A stretch of 64,000 nucleotides of DNA from an uncultured cyanobacterium. Lineage in GTDB: Bacteria; Cyanobacteriota; Cyanobacteriia; Cyanobacteriales; CAWCAG01. The notes under the pieces are model-generated. The model had not been told where the DNA came from, made no database searches, and saw only the letters and a program-made list of their open reading frames with translations. The translations under genes were made by a program, and so were the position numbers. This document shows, one piece after another, positions 37,828 through 49,060 of this stretch. The DNA lies in assembly GCA_963803805.1 (NCBI GenBank), contig CAWDOD010000010.1, positions 320,001 through 384,000 on the forward strand, written 5' to 3'. Each line of letters opens with the position of its first letter. Positions within the stretch are counted from its first letter, which is position 1.

Positions 37828-38652
37828 ATGGGTAAAGCAGGTTCACCGAAAAAAATTGTCAAACGTTCCCTAGTTACTGGAGATGATGTTCCAGAAGCCT
37901 TGCGGGAAACAAGCCGTTCTCAAGGCAAATTTTCACGTCGAAAAATGTTATTGGCAGGGGGAGGATTAATGTTGGGCATTATCTCCCTTCTTGCTGGGGC
38001 TTTTTTCTCTAATCCTGTCTCCCAACCACAATCTCAAGAAGTTTCTCCTGCCCCAGAAGCAGAAGTTGTTGCTAGCCCAGAAAAAGAGGATTTACTAGGG
38101 CATTTACCCTACGAAGAAGTAGATAAAGAGAAGTTAGCGCCGATTGTACCTAATAGCCCCATTAAAATGCACAAAAGTGCTACGGTAAAATTGAGAGAAA
38201 TGGTGAATGCAGCTAGTGGGGAGGGGGTCAATTTAGTTGTTCTTTCTGGTTTCCGTTCTGTAGAAGAGCAGCAACAATTGTTTTTCCAAGTTAAAGAACA
38301 ACGGGGACAAATAGCTAGCCAAAGAGCCGAAGTAAGCGCCCCTCCGGGTTATAGTGAACATCATACTGGTTATGCTGTTGATATTGGTGATGGTAACGTA
38401 CCTGCGGCAAATCTAAAGACGAGTTTTGAGCAAACCCCTGCTTTTAAATGGTTAGAAAAAAATGCTCCTCGCTATAGTTTTGAGCTATCTTTTCCTGAGA
38501 ATAATCCCCAAGGTATTGCTTATGAACCTTGGCATTGGCGTTTTGTGGGAGATATTGAAAGTTTGGAGACTTTTTATCAAGATAAGGACAAAAAACTTGA
38601 CATTGAACAAGACAAGCTAAACGAGAAAGAAAAATCAAAAACTAATGACTAA
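37828..38652 (+). CDS. VanY-like D,D-carboxypeptidase (M15B)
   Basis: SGFRS, SAPPGYSEHHTGYAVD, YEPWHWRFVG; N-terminal TM. Confidence 0.92.
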   Translation: MGKAGSPKKIVKRSLVTGDDVPEALRETSRSQGKFSRRKMLLAGGGLMLGIISLLAGAFFSNPVSQPQSQEVSPAPEAEVVASPEKEDLLGHLPYEEVDKEKLAPIVPNSPIKMHKSATVKLREMVNAASGEGVNLVVLSGFRSVEEQQQLFFQVKEQRGQIASQRAEVSAPPGYSEHHTGYAVDIGDGNVPAANLKTSFEQTPAFKWLEKNAPRYSFELSFPENNPQGIAYEPWHWRFVGDIESLETFYQDKDKKLDIEQDKLNEKEKSKTND

Positions 38653-39469
38653 TTATCAAATTGCTAGTCGAGAATGGTGGGTACAAAGATGGCTAGAGTT
38701 ACTCGATTCCTACCGTTTTAAGAAGCGTTTAGAAAGGGCAAGGAAATACGCGAAAGAAGGTAATGTCCTCAATATAGAATTTGAGGGAGAAAAGGTTTTA
38801 GCACAAGTACAGGGGAGTGAACCGGAACCTTATTTTGTTTCTCTTTCTCTTGATGCTTTTAGTAAGGAAGATTGGGACTATGCTATCGAAACTATGGCCC
38901 AAAAAGCAATTTTTTCTGCTCAACTATTAGCAGGAGAAATGCCAGCTAACATCGAAGAAGAAGTTTTTACTGCCAGTGGTTTAAGCCTGTTTCCTTTCAC
39001 CTTATCTGACATCCACTCCCGTTGTAGCTGTCCTGATAAAGCTAATCCTTGTAAACATATTGGTGCAGTTTACTATCAATTAGGCGATCGCTTCAGTGAA
39101 GATCCCTTTGTTTTATTCCAGTTAAGGGGGCGTACTAAAAGAGAAATTCTCGATACTTTAAGGCAATTACGTTCTGAGCATTATGAAGGGGAATATGAAG
39201 AGGATTTAGTTGAAGTAGTTTCACAACAAGAGGTTGAAGTAGAAAATAATTCAGAAAATACTAGCTTGGATTTAGAGAAGTTCTGGCAATATGAAGAACC
39301 CCTAGAATCATCTTTAGTGGTTATTGCTCCCCCTCCAGAAAGCAAAACTCCCCTGGATATTTTGGGAGATGTTCCTTTACCATCTGCTGAGGCGGTTTTA
39401 GTAAAGCAATATTTAGATCAGGTTTATCAAACCGTTAGTCAACAGGCGATTATGTCTGCTTTAAGTTAG
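38645..39469 (+). CDS. SWIM zinc-finger protein
   Basis: CSCPD..NPCKH; DPFVLFQLRG. Confidence 0.88.
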   Translation: MTNYQIASREWWVQRWLELLDSYRFKKRLERARKYAKEGNVLNIEFEGEKVLAQVQGSEPEPYFVSLSLDAFSKEDWDYAIETMAQKAIFSAQLLAGEMPANIEEEVFTASGLSLFPFTLSDIHSRCSCPDKANPCKHIGAVYYQLGDRFSEDPFVLFQLRGRTKREILDTLRQLRSEHYEGEYEEDLVEVVSQQEVEVENNSENTSLDLEKFWQYEEPLESSLVVIAPPPESKTPLDILGDVPLPSAEAVLVKQYLDQVYQTVSQQAIMSALS

Positions 39470-39511
39470 CAATCTTGTATCAATTGATAATTCTTTGATA
39501 TTGGTTGAATC

Positions 39512-40579
39512 TTACTTCAGGCGTAAGCTGGAGATGTAAAGAACTACAGCAAGTCCAACAAAACTATAGGGTAAATAGGCGGGACTTTCTAGTAAGCCCA
39601 AAGAAGCAGGAATTGAGGTTCTACCAATATAAGCAGCGTAAAATAAGTAACCTAAAGCTACATGACCACAACGTTCTTGTAAAAGCCCTAGTATTGTACC
39701 GAATAAAGGGCCATAGAAAAAAGCAGCTAAGGGTAGAAGAATCACTAGGGAAGGAAGAGAAATAAGTCCTGTAACAGCTAAACCACAAAGCAAGAGGAAC
39801 TTTAAAGCCTTGACTGGTTGTTTGCCTACCCAAGTTCCCAAAATACCTTTTCCCAAGGTTAACCCACCCCAATAAAAAGAGAGTAGGGTTCCACTAGTAA
39901 CCTCATCCCAACCGAGATTAAGGAGATAGCTACTATTCCAAGTGCCGATAGAACTTTCTAAACCGACATAAACAAAAAATAACCATAACAAAAGACGTGC
40001 CTTGCTCCAAGATATCTTACTATCTGTAGGAGAAAAATTGAGGACACAAGGAGCTTGCCAAGCTAAAGTTATCCCCAGCAAAGCTACAATTGCCATCAAA
40101 AGTAAAGCCAGCCGCCAAGGTAGGAAAGAAGCTAATAGAGGAGTGCTTAAAGCCCCTAGTCCAAAAATAGCGCTACCCCAGTTAAGCATGGCAATTCTAC
40201 GTTGGGGGTGCAATTCACCTATCAGGCTATTAGATTGCAGGTTAATGATGCCACTGCCAAAACCAATAAAAACAGCCGCTACGGTAATGCTAAGGAAATT
40301 AGCAGCAACCCCAGCCAAACAAAAACCAAAGGCAACCGCAGCAAACCCAAAAGGGAAGAGAGGATGACGCTTTTGTGCAGTAGAAGCTAAACGTAATCCA
40401 ACTAAGCCACCCAACAGAAATAGGTTGTAGTACCAACCAAGACTTGCTTGTTCACCAAATACATTTTGCCATTGGGGTAAAAATGCCCCAGGAGCAGCGA
40501 TAATGATACCCTGACAAAAAAGCCCCACGAAACCAGCAATAGTTAACCTTAGCGGTGAACTCGTAAGTCCTAAGTTCAT
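39512..40579 (-). CDS. MFS transporter
   Basis: Many TM segments; YVGLESSIG.W. Confidence 0.75.
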   Translation of the reverse strand: MNLGLTSSPLRLTIAGFVGLFCQGIIIAAPGAFLPQWQNVFGEQASLGWYYNLFLLGGLVGLRLASTAQKRHPLFPFGFAAVAFGFCLAGVAANFLSITVAAVFIGFGSGIINLQSNSLIGELHPQRRIAMLNWGSAIFGLGALSTPLLASFLPWRLALLLMAIVALLGITLAWQAPCVLNFSPTDSKISWSKARLLLWLFFVYVGLESSIGTWNSSYLLNLGWDEVTSGTLLSFYWGGLTLGKGILGTWVGKQPVKALKFLLLCGLAVTGLISLPSLVILLPLAAFFYGPLFGTILGLLQERCGHVALGYLFYAAYIGRTSIPASLGLLESPAYLPYSFVGLAVVLYISSLRLK

Positions 40580-40593
40580 CTTTTCTGGCTAAC

Positions 40594-41349
40594 CTAATCC
40601 TTTTCACCGCTCAAAGCCGGGACATCAGCATCCTCAATACCTTGCTCACTATTAGGTAATTCTAAACAATAGCCAGCACCATAAACGGTTTTGATATACC
40701 GTGGATGCCTGGGATCTGGTTCAAGTTTTGTTCTTAAGTGGCGAATATGAACTCGAATAGTTTCAATATCATCATCGGGATCATAACCCCAAACCTCTTT
40801 GAGAATCTCGCTAGGGGAGACTGTTTGTCCATGACGCTGGAGTAGGCAATGGAGTAACTCGAATTCTAAATGAGTTAGTTTAACCGTTTTGTTAAACCAA
40901 ATTGCTTCAAATCTTTCAGGAACAAGGGTTAAAGGGCCGTAGTTGAGAATTTCTGCGTGTTTTGCCGCTTGAGGGATACGATCAGTACGACGCAATAAGG
41001 CTCTTACCCTAGCTAGCATTTCCTCTAACTCAAAAGGCTTAGTCATATAGTCATCAGCACCAGCATTAAAGCCGCCCACCTTATCCTGGGTTTGCCCTAG
41101 TGCTGTCAACATCAATACGGGAATGTCAGAAGTGCGTTCATCTCTACGCAATCGCTGGCAAACTGTAAAACCATCGACTCTAGGAAGCATCAGATCCAGC
41201 ATAATTAAGTCTGGCTGAAGCTGGACAGCTAGGGCTTGGCCTTTGAGGCCATCTTCGGCCATATTAACGTCATATCCAGCCATCTCTAGGTTAATAGAGA
41301 CTAATTCTGAAATTGCAGGGTCATCGTCGATTACAAGTATTCTTGGCAT
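40594..41349 (-). CDS. rpaA: Circadian output response regulator RpaA
   Basis: [79 protein letters not shown] at 41349. Confidence 0.92.
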   Translation of the reverse strand: MPRILVIDDDPAISELVSINLEMAGYDVNMAEDGLKGQALAVQLQPDLIMLDLMLPRVDGFTVCQRLRRDERTSDIPVLMLTALGQTQDKVGGFNAGADDYMTKPFELEEMLARVRALLRRTDRIPQAAKHAEILNYGPLTLVPERFEAIWFNKTVKLTHLEFELLHCLLQRHGQTVSPSEILKEVWGYDPDDDIETIRVHIRHLRTKLEPDPRHPRYIKTVYGAGYCLELPNSEQGIEDADVPALSGEKD

Positions 41350-41563
41350 TACAAGAAAGCTTTGGCTATACTTTTGTTTACAGTTTGTGAATAAGTGTTG
41401 CAAGAATATAAAATTCCTGTCCCATTATAAGCGGTAATCCTAAATTTTTTCTAAAGGTTTTAAAGATTTACAGGGAAAAAACCATTTAGATTAAAAATTT
41501 ATTTAAGATTTGCTGACTTATTTTTGTGTTGGGAGCTAATTTAAAATCATCAATGGATCATTA

Positions 41564-42601
41564 ATGAGACAAGATAAAAACTACCAAACACCTTGGTATT
41601 TAAGGGATGGTTTAATGCAAACCCTCGCTACCAGTCTTTGGTATGGCAATAGCTGGAACTGGTTAGGAGAAAAAGTACCTTGGTTAACTCATCTTCCCCC
41701 TGTTCCTTGGCAAGAAAAAGTTTTTACCGGAGCAGACGATGTACCTTTATGGGGAATTTGGAGTTGCCCAGCCCAAGCTAAAGGCACGATGATCCTCAAC
41801 TACGGTATTACAGGAACGGTGGCTACCGCTTGGTATGCCCATGTGGTTGCTCGCAAGGCCTATCAAAGAGGTTGGGCTGTGGTGCTTTATGATTGGCGTA
41901 GTCATGGCAAAACAGCAGAACTTTCTCCAGTACCTTCTTCTGATGGTTGGCGAGAAGGAGTAGATCAAGTAAAAATTGCCGAAGCTGCGATCGCCATGGG
42001 TTGTCCTGCCCCAGTAGCTTTAGTAGGTTTTTCTTTGGGAGGACAGTTAGCCTTGTGGGGTTTGAAAGCAGCAGTGGAAGAAGGTTGTGAGTTGATTTCT
42101 ACTGGTGCGGTGATTACCCCTAATTTAGAGTCTAATCGTTCCTTAAAATATTTAATTAGTACTCCAGCCGGAAGGCTCATTGAACAAACTTTAACCAAAG
42201 AACTACAAATTGAAGCTCAAAAACGTCGGGATCGTTTCCCAGAAGCAGTTAAATTAGGAGCAGTTGCACGCATTAACTCTATTGAGTCTTTTGATCAGGA
42301 AATGGTTATTGACTACTACGGTTTTGCTAGTGTTGAAGAATACTATCAAAAAACTAGTGGCATTGCTCTCCTTGATCAGATAGAGTTGCCCTTCTTGGTT
42401 GTTTATGCGGCAGATGATCCCATGTTCGACCCGACTTTGGTTAAAGAGATTGAACAACGCATGAGCAATAATCCCCATGGTTATTTGTTGATGACTCCCC
42501 ACGGAGGACACGTTGCCCACATCGGCGTTGCGACAGGAGGGGAGGATGAGTTTTGGGGTTTTAATCGCTTGTTAGACTTTTGTGATCACCAGCTTAAGTA
42601 A
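41564..42601 (+). CDS. YheT-like alpha/beta hydrolase
   Basis: GFSLGG nucleophile, A.DDP, GGHV. Confidence 0.85.
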   Translation: MRQDKNYQTPWYLRDGLMQTLATSLWYGNSWNWLGEKVPWLTHLPPVPWQEKVFTGADDVPLWGIWSCPAQAKGTMILNYGITGTVATAWYAHVVARKAYQRGWAVVLYDWRSHGKTAELSPVPSSDGWREGVDQVKIAEAAIAMGCPAPVALVGFSLGGQLALWGLKAAVEEGCELISTGAVITPNLESNRSLKYLISTPAGRLIEQTLTKELQIEAQKRRDRFPEAVKLGAVARINSIESFDQEMVIDYYGFASVEEYYQKTSGIALLDQIELPFLVVYAADDPMFDPTLVKEIEQRMSNNPHGYLLMTPHGGHVAHIGVATGGEDEFWGFNRLLDFCDHQLK

Positions 42602-42718
42602 GAAATAGTTACCATAAAAAAGCATAATTGTCGGTGGGGAATTTTCCGTTAGATTTCCCTATACAAAACCAGTTGCTTTAACGCTAAGTTAAAAACAATT
42701 GATGTAAGAGGAACGGTA

Positions 42719-43060
42719 ATGACTGAAGATTTAACAACTAAGCGGAAACTACTTTCTGGATTATCCCATGGGGCAATATTCTTGAGTGCAACTGTTGTTT
42801 CAGTAGGAATTCCTGTTGCTATTTATCTAGTTTCAGATGATGCCATTGTTAAAGCAAATGCTCAAGAATCTCTCAATTTCCACTTTAATATTTGGCTCTA
42901 CGGAATTATATTTGGTATTTTAGCTTTTTTCGTCATTGGTATTCCTCTGCTTTGGATATTAGGCATTGTTAATGTTTTGGCTCCCATTTTTGCCATCATT
43001 AAAATCGTTGCTGATGCTGATACAGTTTTTCGCTATCCCTTTATTTTTCGCTTACTCTAA
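42719..43060 (+). CDS. DUF4870 membrane protein
   Basis: KANAQESLNF, C-terminal FRYPFIFRL. Confidence 0.8.
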   Translation: MTEDLTTKRKLLSGLSHGAIFLSATVVSVGIPVAIYLVSDDAIVKANAQESLNFHFNIWLYGIIFGILAFFVIGIPLLWILGIVNVLAPIFAIIKIVADADTVFRYPFIFRLL

Positions 43061-43091
43061 AGTTTCCATGGCGATACAATTAACTTCACCT

Positions 43092-43140
43092 AAAAATACG
43101 CTGCTTACCTAGTATAGAAAAGTGTAAGCAGCGTATTTTT
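43092..43140. terminator. Bidirectional terminator
   Basis: AAAAATACGCTGCTTAC...GTAAGCAGCGTATTTTT between convergent genes. Confidence 0.75.
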
Positions 43141-43180
43141 TCATCAAGAATTAGTAACAGTTAATAACTTAATTTAGTTA

Positions 43181-44534
43181 TTAAACTAACTGCTCTTCTT
43201 CTAGTAAAGAAGTTCTTTGAATAGAAGCACCCAATTGACGTAATTTACCTTCTAAATTGTCGTAACCTCTATCTAGATGCTGCAAACCTTTAATCACAGT
43301 TTGACCATTGGCAGCTAAACCTGCCAGTACTAAAGCCGCAGATGCCCGTAAATCCGTAGCTAAGACTGGTGCGCCGGAAAGCATTGGCACTCCTCGAACA
43401 ATGGCGTGATTCCCTTTTAAGCGAATATCCGCCCCCATGCGGTTTAACTCTGCGACATGACGGAGGCGATTCTCAAACACTGTTTCTGAGATGACGCAGT
43501 TTCCTTCACTTACAGCCATTAAGGCCATAAATTGAGCCTGCATATCTGTAGGAAAGCCGGGATAGGGTAAAGTTTCAATATCGGTGGCTTTTAACTCTCC
43601 AGGAATGACGCGGAGGCAATCAGCACTGTCTGCCACTACGTTACATCCTGCGGCCTGTAGCTTAGCAATAGCCGGAACAAGATGCTCCGGAATGACCGGA
43701 GAAATACTTATTTCTGAATGGGTAATGGCCCCTGCAACTAAGAAGGTTCCGGCTTCAATTCTGTCGGGAATCACAGAATAATCTGTAGAATGTAAACTTT
43801 CTACCCCAGAAATGATAATAGTATTAGTGCCTGCACCACTAATTTTTGCACCCATAGAACGGCAAAAGTTAGCTAAATCAACCACTTCTGGCTCTTGGGC
43901 TGCGTTTTCAATAACGCTTTCTCCTTCGGCTAAGGTTGCTGCCATCATCACAGTTTCGGTAGCACCAACGCTAGGGTAATCTAAATAGACTTTCCCACCT
44001 TTAAGCCTCTTACTAGCCCCAGGAACATAGGCATTAATCATACCACCTTCAATATGAACCTCGGCTCCTAATGCTCGCAAACCCTTAACATGGAGATCCA
44101 CTCGGCCTCGCACCGATGGCACAACCACCCGGTAAAGGAACCCGGGCAGCCCCTAGCCTGGCTAATACAGAACCAATAACAAAAAAGCTAGCTCTCAATT
44201 TAGAGACTAACTCATAGGGGGCAGGCCCGACGTTCAAATTTTTGGCATTGATGTCTAAAATATCCCCTTGAGTAGAAACTCTTACTCCCAAGGAAGCGAG
44301 AATTTGACCCATTCTCCTGGTATCCACGAGGGAGGGAACATTTCGCAGTCGGCAATCTTCTGGACAAAGTAAGGCCCCTGCCATAATTGTGAGGGCTGAG
44401 TTTTTTGCACCACTGATAGTAACGTGACCCTTAAGAGACTTTCTGCCCCAAATTTTTAATACAGGTTGATCTTCTTCGGACATAGAGTTGCTGGTGCTTC
44501 CGTTCAAAGAGGTATTGATGGTTCGGTCCTCCAA
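43181..44534 (-). CDS. murA: UDP-N-acetylglucosamine 1-carboxyvinyltransferase, split by a +1 frameshift near 44102
   Basis: SGAKNSAL and [11 protein letters not shown] in one frame; [22 protein letters not shown] and HLDRGY in the next; one extra base in CCG-A-GTG. Confidence 0.92.
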
Positions 44535-44733
44535 AATAATGCAGTTAATAGTTTGCGGACTAAAAATAGAAAATTCGTTCTGATTTTACCTGAAAGATAC
44601 CAATTGTGTAGATTATTATCAAATTTTTTCATTGACTTGAGAAAAGTAGCATCTTTTGCTTAGAGGAGAAGCTTGACTTTATTGATAAAGTAAGAGACTA
44701 TCAAAGGCTGTGCTAAAAATAATATACATTCAA

Positions 44734-44817
44734 GCGGAACTGGCGGAATTGGTAGACGCGCATGATTCAGGTTCATGTGTTCGCAAGGACTTCCGGGTTC
44801 AAGTCCCGGGTTCCGCA
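44734..44817 (+). tRNA. trnL: tRNA-Leu(CAG), CCA not encoded
   Basis: Acceptor GCGGAAC/GTTCCGC, anticodon arm CATGA-TTCAGGT-TCATG, long variable arm, GGTTCAAGTCC T-arm. Confidence 0.96.
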
Positions 44818-44862
44818 TCTAGAAGTTAAAAGTAAGATGATATTGGTTTTGGTTGTTAGGGA

Positions 44863-45669
44863 ATGATGACTGAGGAAATTTTAACTAGCCGACAAAATCC
44901 TTTGATTAAGCAAATGCGTAAATTGCGTCATAGCAAGGAACGTCGGGAACAAAATCTTATTTTATTGGAAGGGGCGAATTTAATAGCCGTGGCTTGCCAG
45001 GAAAATCACCCTTTTGTGACTTTATGTTATACGCAAGCATGGCGAAATCAACATCCTCAGCTTTGGCAAGAGGCAACTCAAAATGCGGAGAGAGTAGAAT
45101 TAGTTGACCAAGAATTGTTAGGGGCGATCGCAACTACAGTTAATCCTGATGGTGTGGTGGCAACTATCTCGCGAGGGATAATCAGTGATTTACCGACTAA
45201 TCAAGTTGGTTTAGGCTTAGTTGTAGAAAGAATCCAAGACCCTGGTAACTTAGGTACAATAATCCGCACCGCCGTTGCTACTGGTGTAGATGGTTTGTGG
45301 TTAAGTGAAGATAGTGTAGCCCTCGATAATCCTAAACTTTTACGAGCTTCTGCGGGGGAATGGTTTAGGATGCCGAAGGGTGTTAGTTCTAATCTTGTTG
45401 AGGTTGTTTCAGGTTTGCGAAGTGAAATGCAGGTGATAGCAACTTTGCCCCAAGCTAGCAAAAGCTACTGGGAAGTTGATTTTCGCAGTCCTAGCTTAAT
45501 TTTGTTAGGTAACGAAAGGGCGGGGCTTTCAGAAGAATTGCTAACCTTAGCTGATGAGAAAATTTGTATTCCTTTGCAAAGAGGTGTTGAATCTCTCAAT
45601 GTAGCTATAGCTTCTGCTTTATTGCTTTATGAAGTTCAAAGACAACGACTCTTATTTGCTAAGGGCTAA
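44863..45669 (+). CDS. TrmH/SpoU family RNA methyltransferase
   Basis: IQDPGNLGTIIRTA, LGNERAGL, ESLNVA. Confidence 0.92.
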   Translation: MMTEEILTSRQNPLIKQMRKLRHSKERREQNLILLEGANLIAVACQENHPFVTLCYTQAWRNQHPQLWQEATQNAERVELVDQELLGAIATTVNPDGVVATISRGIISDLPTNQVGLGLVVERIQDPGNLGTIIRTAVATGVDGLWLSEDSVALDNPKLLRASAGEWFRMPKGVSSNLVEVVSGLRSEMQVIATLPQASKSYWEVDFRSPSLILLGNERAGLSEELLTLADEKICIPLQRGVESLNVAIASALLLYEVQRQRLLFAKG

Positions 45670-45676
45670 TGGCTGA

Positions 45677-45910
45677 TTATTCTGGAATATCTTCCAAATC
45701 AGCAGCAACCTCGTCCCAATTTAACTCTTTTTCTGGATTCTTAGGGGCAGAACCAGTTTGTTCTTCCGGAGACTTCGCAGAAGAACTTTCTTGAGAATCA
45801 TCGGATTCTAACAAGTTTTTTAGCTGATCTAGGGCTTTATAGAACTCTTGACTAGCCTCACTTCGATCTGGTAGATGATGGTCATTCATAGGAACAGTTA
45901 AGTTCATCAT
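45677..45910 (-). CDS. Small acidic hypothetical protein
   Basis: EF.KALDQL..LL and W.EVAADLE pattern. Confidence 0.6.
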   Translation of the reverse strand: MMNLTVPMNDHHLPDRSEASQEFYKALDQLKNLLESDDSQESSSAKSPEEQTGSAPKNPEKELNWDEVAADLEDIPE

Positions 45911-46044
45911 TTACCAATCATAAATGATGCTTGAAGATAACAGCACAGCCGTACAATAATAACTGATAATTGATCACTGCTTGTCATTGTTGATTAGTGA
46001 AGTTGACAATGAAGGGGGGGTAACAACGCACCAGGAGATCTAAA

Positions 46045-47466
46045 GTGAGCGAACAATTTGATTATGATTTGGTAATTATTGGGGCTGGTGTAGGAGGCCA
46101 TGGGGCTGCCTTACACGCAGTTAAGTGTGGATTGAAGACAGCGATTATTGAAGCGGCTGATATGGGAGGAACTTGCGTTAATCGTGGCTGTATTCCTTCT
46201 AAAGCTTTATTGGCCGCTTCGGGAAAAGTACGGGAGTTGGGTAATGGCCACCTCAAAGATTTAGGGGTTCAAGTCGGAGGAGTAGAATTTGATCGAGGGG
46301 CGATCGCCGACCATGCTAATAATTTAGTTAGTAAAATTAGCAGTGATTTAACCAATAGCCTCAAACGCCTAAAGGTAGATATTATCAGAGGCTGGGGTAA
46401 ACTTGCTGGGGAACAAAAGGTAACTGTTGCTACCGATAACGGCGAAAGAACCATCACCGGGAAAGATATTATGCTTTGTCCTGGTTCAATTCCTTTTGTA
46501 CCTCCTGGTATTGAGGTTGATGGCAAAACTGTTTTTACTAGCGACGATGCAGTGCGGTTAGAATCTTTACCCGATTGGATTGCCATTATTGGTAGTGGTT
46601 ACATTGGTTTAGAGTTTTCTGATGTTTACTCTGCTTTGGGCTGTGAAATTACTATGATTGAAGCCCTAGATAGTTTAATGCCCGGTTTTGACCCAGAAAT
46701 CGCCAAAATTGCCAAGCGAGTTTTGATTGACCCCAGAGATTTAGAAACCTATGTGGGAACCTTGGCGAAAAAAGTTACTCCCGGAAAGCCTGTCGTGATT
46801 GAATTGGCAGAGATGGCAACTAAAGAAACCATTGATGTTTTGGAAGTAGATGCCTGCTTAGTAGCTACAGGACGTATTCCCGCTACGAAAAACTTAGGTT
46901 TAGAGTCTTTGGGGGTAGAAACCACTAGACGGGGTTTTATTGATGTTAATGACCAAATGGCTGTTTTAAGGGATGGACAACCTGTACCTCACCTCTGGGG
47001 GGTAGGAGATGCTACAGGAAAAATGATGTTAGCCCATGCTGCTTCTGCCCAAGGAGTGATTGCCGTGGAAAATATTTGCGGTCGAGAAAAGACGATTGAT
47101 TATCGCAGTATTCCGGCGGCTGCTTTTACCCATCCAGAAATAAGTTATGTGGGGTTAGGAGAGCCAGCAGCGAAGGAATTAGGGGAAACCGAAGGATTTG
47201 GAGTGAAGTCCGTTAAAACCTACTTTAAGGGCAATTCTAAAGCCCTTGCAGAAGGAGAAACCGAAGGGATGGCAAAAGTTATTTACCGTGCTGATACTGG
47301 AGAAGTGTTAGGGGTTCACATTATTGGCATCCACGCTTCTGATTTAATCCAAGAAGCAGCAAATGCGATCGCCCAACGCCAATCTGTCCACAATCTAGCT
47401 TTTAATGTTCATACCCATCCAACTCTTTCTGAGGTTTTGGATGAAGCTTATAAAAGGGCAGTTTAA
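46045..47466 (+). CDS. lpdA: Dihydrolipoyl dehydrogenase
   Basis: [38 protein letters not shown] start after AGGAG. Confidence 0.96.
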   Translation: MSEQFDYDLVIIGAGVGGHGAALHAVKCGLKTAIIEAADMGGTCVNRGCIPSKALLAASGKVRELGNGHLKDLGVQVGGVEFDRGAIADHANNLVSKISSDLTNSLKRLKVDIIRGWGKLAGEQKVTVATDNGERTITGKDIMLCPGSIPFVPPGIEVDGKTVFTSDDAVRLESLPDWIAIIGSGYIGLEFSDVYSALGCEITMIEALDSLMPGFDPEIAKIAKRVLIDPRDLETYVGTLAKKVTPGKPVVIELAEMATKETIDVLEVDACLVATGRIPATKNLGLESLGVETTRRGFIDVNDQMAVLRDGQPVPHLWGVGDATGKMMLAHAASAQGVIAVENICGREKTIDYRSIPAAAFTHPEISYVGLGEPAAKELGETEGFGVKSVKTYFKGNSKALAEGETEGMAKVIYRADTGEVLGVHIIGIHASDLIQEAANAIAQRQSVHNLAFNVHTHPTLSEVLDEAYKRAV

Positions 47467-47646
47467 TCAATGATGCCTAACGGCAACGGCAAGCCGAACA
47501 GTAATCAGTAATCAATGTATCCGTGAGGGGGATTTGCCTTTCACTATCTACAGTAATTTGGGGAATGAATATATCTTAAATGTTCCCCGCTCCTTATTCT
47601 CTGTTCCTCGTAACAACTAGCAACTAGCCATTAGCCATTAGCAAAA

Positions 47647-48534
47647 ATGCAAATAAGACGTAGACCTCCTAGTCCTGGAATTAATGTAAGTATCTTGCGC
47701 TATCAGGTGGCTTTACCGGATGCTGAACCAGACAATATACTTGAAGAAATTGTTTGGCATAAAGAACAAGAAGTCGAACGTTTGCGCGATCGCACCCCTT
47801 TATTACAATTACGAAAATTGGTAGAGAAAGTTGAACCTCCTCGCGATTTTTTGGGGGCTTTGCAACAAAGCAAAATCAAACCTGCCTTAATTGCCGAAGT
47901 AAAGAAAGCTTCTCCTAGTAAAGGGGTAATTAGAGAAGACTTTGAGCCGGTGGCGATCGCTAAAGCTTACGAACAAGGGGGGGCTAGTTGTTTATCAGTA
48001 TTAACCGATCAGAAATTCTTTCAAGGTAGTTTTGAGAATCTCTCTTTAGTTAGAGAAGCGGTGGATTTGCCTTTGTTATGTAAAGAATTCATCATCTATC
48101 CCTACCAAATCTATTTAGCCCGCAGCAAAGGTGCTGACGCGGTTTTATTGATTGCGGCAGTGTTAAGTGACCAAGATTTGCAATATTTTGTTAAAATTGC
48201 CCAGAATTTGGGCATGACTCCCCTGATAGAGGTACATACCCTTGCTGAATTGGATCGCGTATTACCCTTAGAAGGAGTTACCCTAGTAGGTATAAATAAT
48301 CGCGATTTGAAAAAATTCTCGGTCAATCTGCAAACAACTTGTCAAATTCTGGAAATGCGGAGGTCAACTTTGCAAGAAAGAAACATCTTGGTTGTGAGCG
48401 AGTCAGGGCTGCATACATCAGTGGACCTCAATTTAGTGAAAGAAGCTGGTGCTAATGCTGTTTTAATCGGTGAGTCCTTGTTAAGGAAGCCAGATCCTAC
48501 TGAAGCAATTAGGTCTTTGTTTCCTAATAACTAG
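47647..48534 (+). CDS. trpC: Indole-3-glycerol phosphate synthase
   Basis: [30 protein letters not shown]. Confidence 0.95.
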   Translation: MQIRRRPPSPGINVSILRYQVALPDAEPDNILEEIVWHKEQEVERLRDRTPLLQLRKLVEKVEPPRDFLGALQQSKIKPALIAEVKKASPSKGVIREDFEPVAIAKAYEQGGASCLSVLTDQKFFQGSFENLSLVREAVDLPLLCKEFIIYPYQIYLARSKGADAVLLIAAVLSDQDLQYFVKIAQNLGMTPLIEVHTLAELDRVLPLEGVTLVGINNRDLKKFSVNLQTTCQILEMRRSTLQERNILVVSESGLHTSVDLNLVKEAGANAVLIGESLLRKPDPTEAIRSLFPNN

Positions 48535-48631
48535 GGAAAAAATTAAAACAAACCTGTTACCAACAGGGAAAAAAAGAAGCATAAGCATTGCGATTGCTGA
48601 TCCACTCTACTCTTGATAATAATCAAATCCC

Positions 48632-48919
48632 ATGGAACCAATACCTCTTCCTTCTCACGTTCATTACGAACTACTTTTGCAACTTTTAGAACAGCAAAGT
48701 TCTTTTGCTGCAAATGAAAATCCGGCAGTGAAAAAGCAAGTTCAGCAACTGATTATTTTAATTCGCAAAGCTTTAGCACAACAGAAACAAATTGAGAGTA
48801 CTTGTGAGCGTTTTGATTTATCCTTTGAACCCAGGTGGTCACTCAATAATACAGTTTCTAGAAGGGAAGAGTTATTAGATGTTATTCCCTTACCAGAAAA
48901 GAGGAACAATGTTGGGTGA
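48632..48919 (+). CDS. DUF5340-like small cyanobacterial protein
   Basis: MEPIPLPSHVHYELLLQLLE. Confidence 0.7.
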   Translation: MEPIPLPSHVHYELLLQLLEQQSSFAANENPAVKKQVQQLIILIRKALAQQKQIESTCERFDLSFEPRWSLNNTVSRREELLDVIPLPEKRNNVG

Positions 48920-49060
48920 ATTGAATGTTCAGTGTACGGCTTGTTGTTGCCGTAGACTAAATTGATAATTATTTGATTCACTCCTTTTTGACAAGTGGAA
49001 TACTATCTAAGTCAAACTTATTATTATTACTTATTACTTTTGACTTAGCGCTGTTTCTTG

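Noticed and set aside
44734-44862. tRNA-Leu as an integration site for an island or CAST
   Set aside because: The flanks are housekeeping genes; I saw no integrase, Tn7 genes or duplicated tRNA 3' end.
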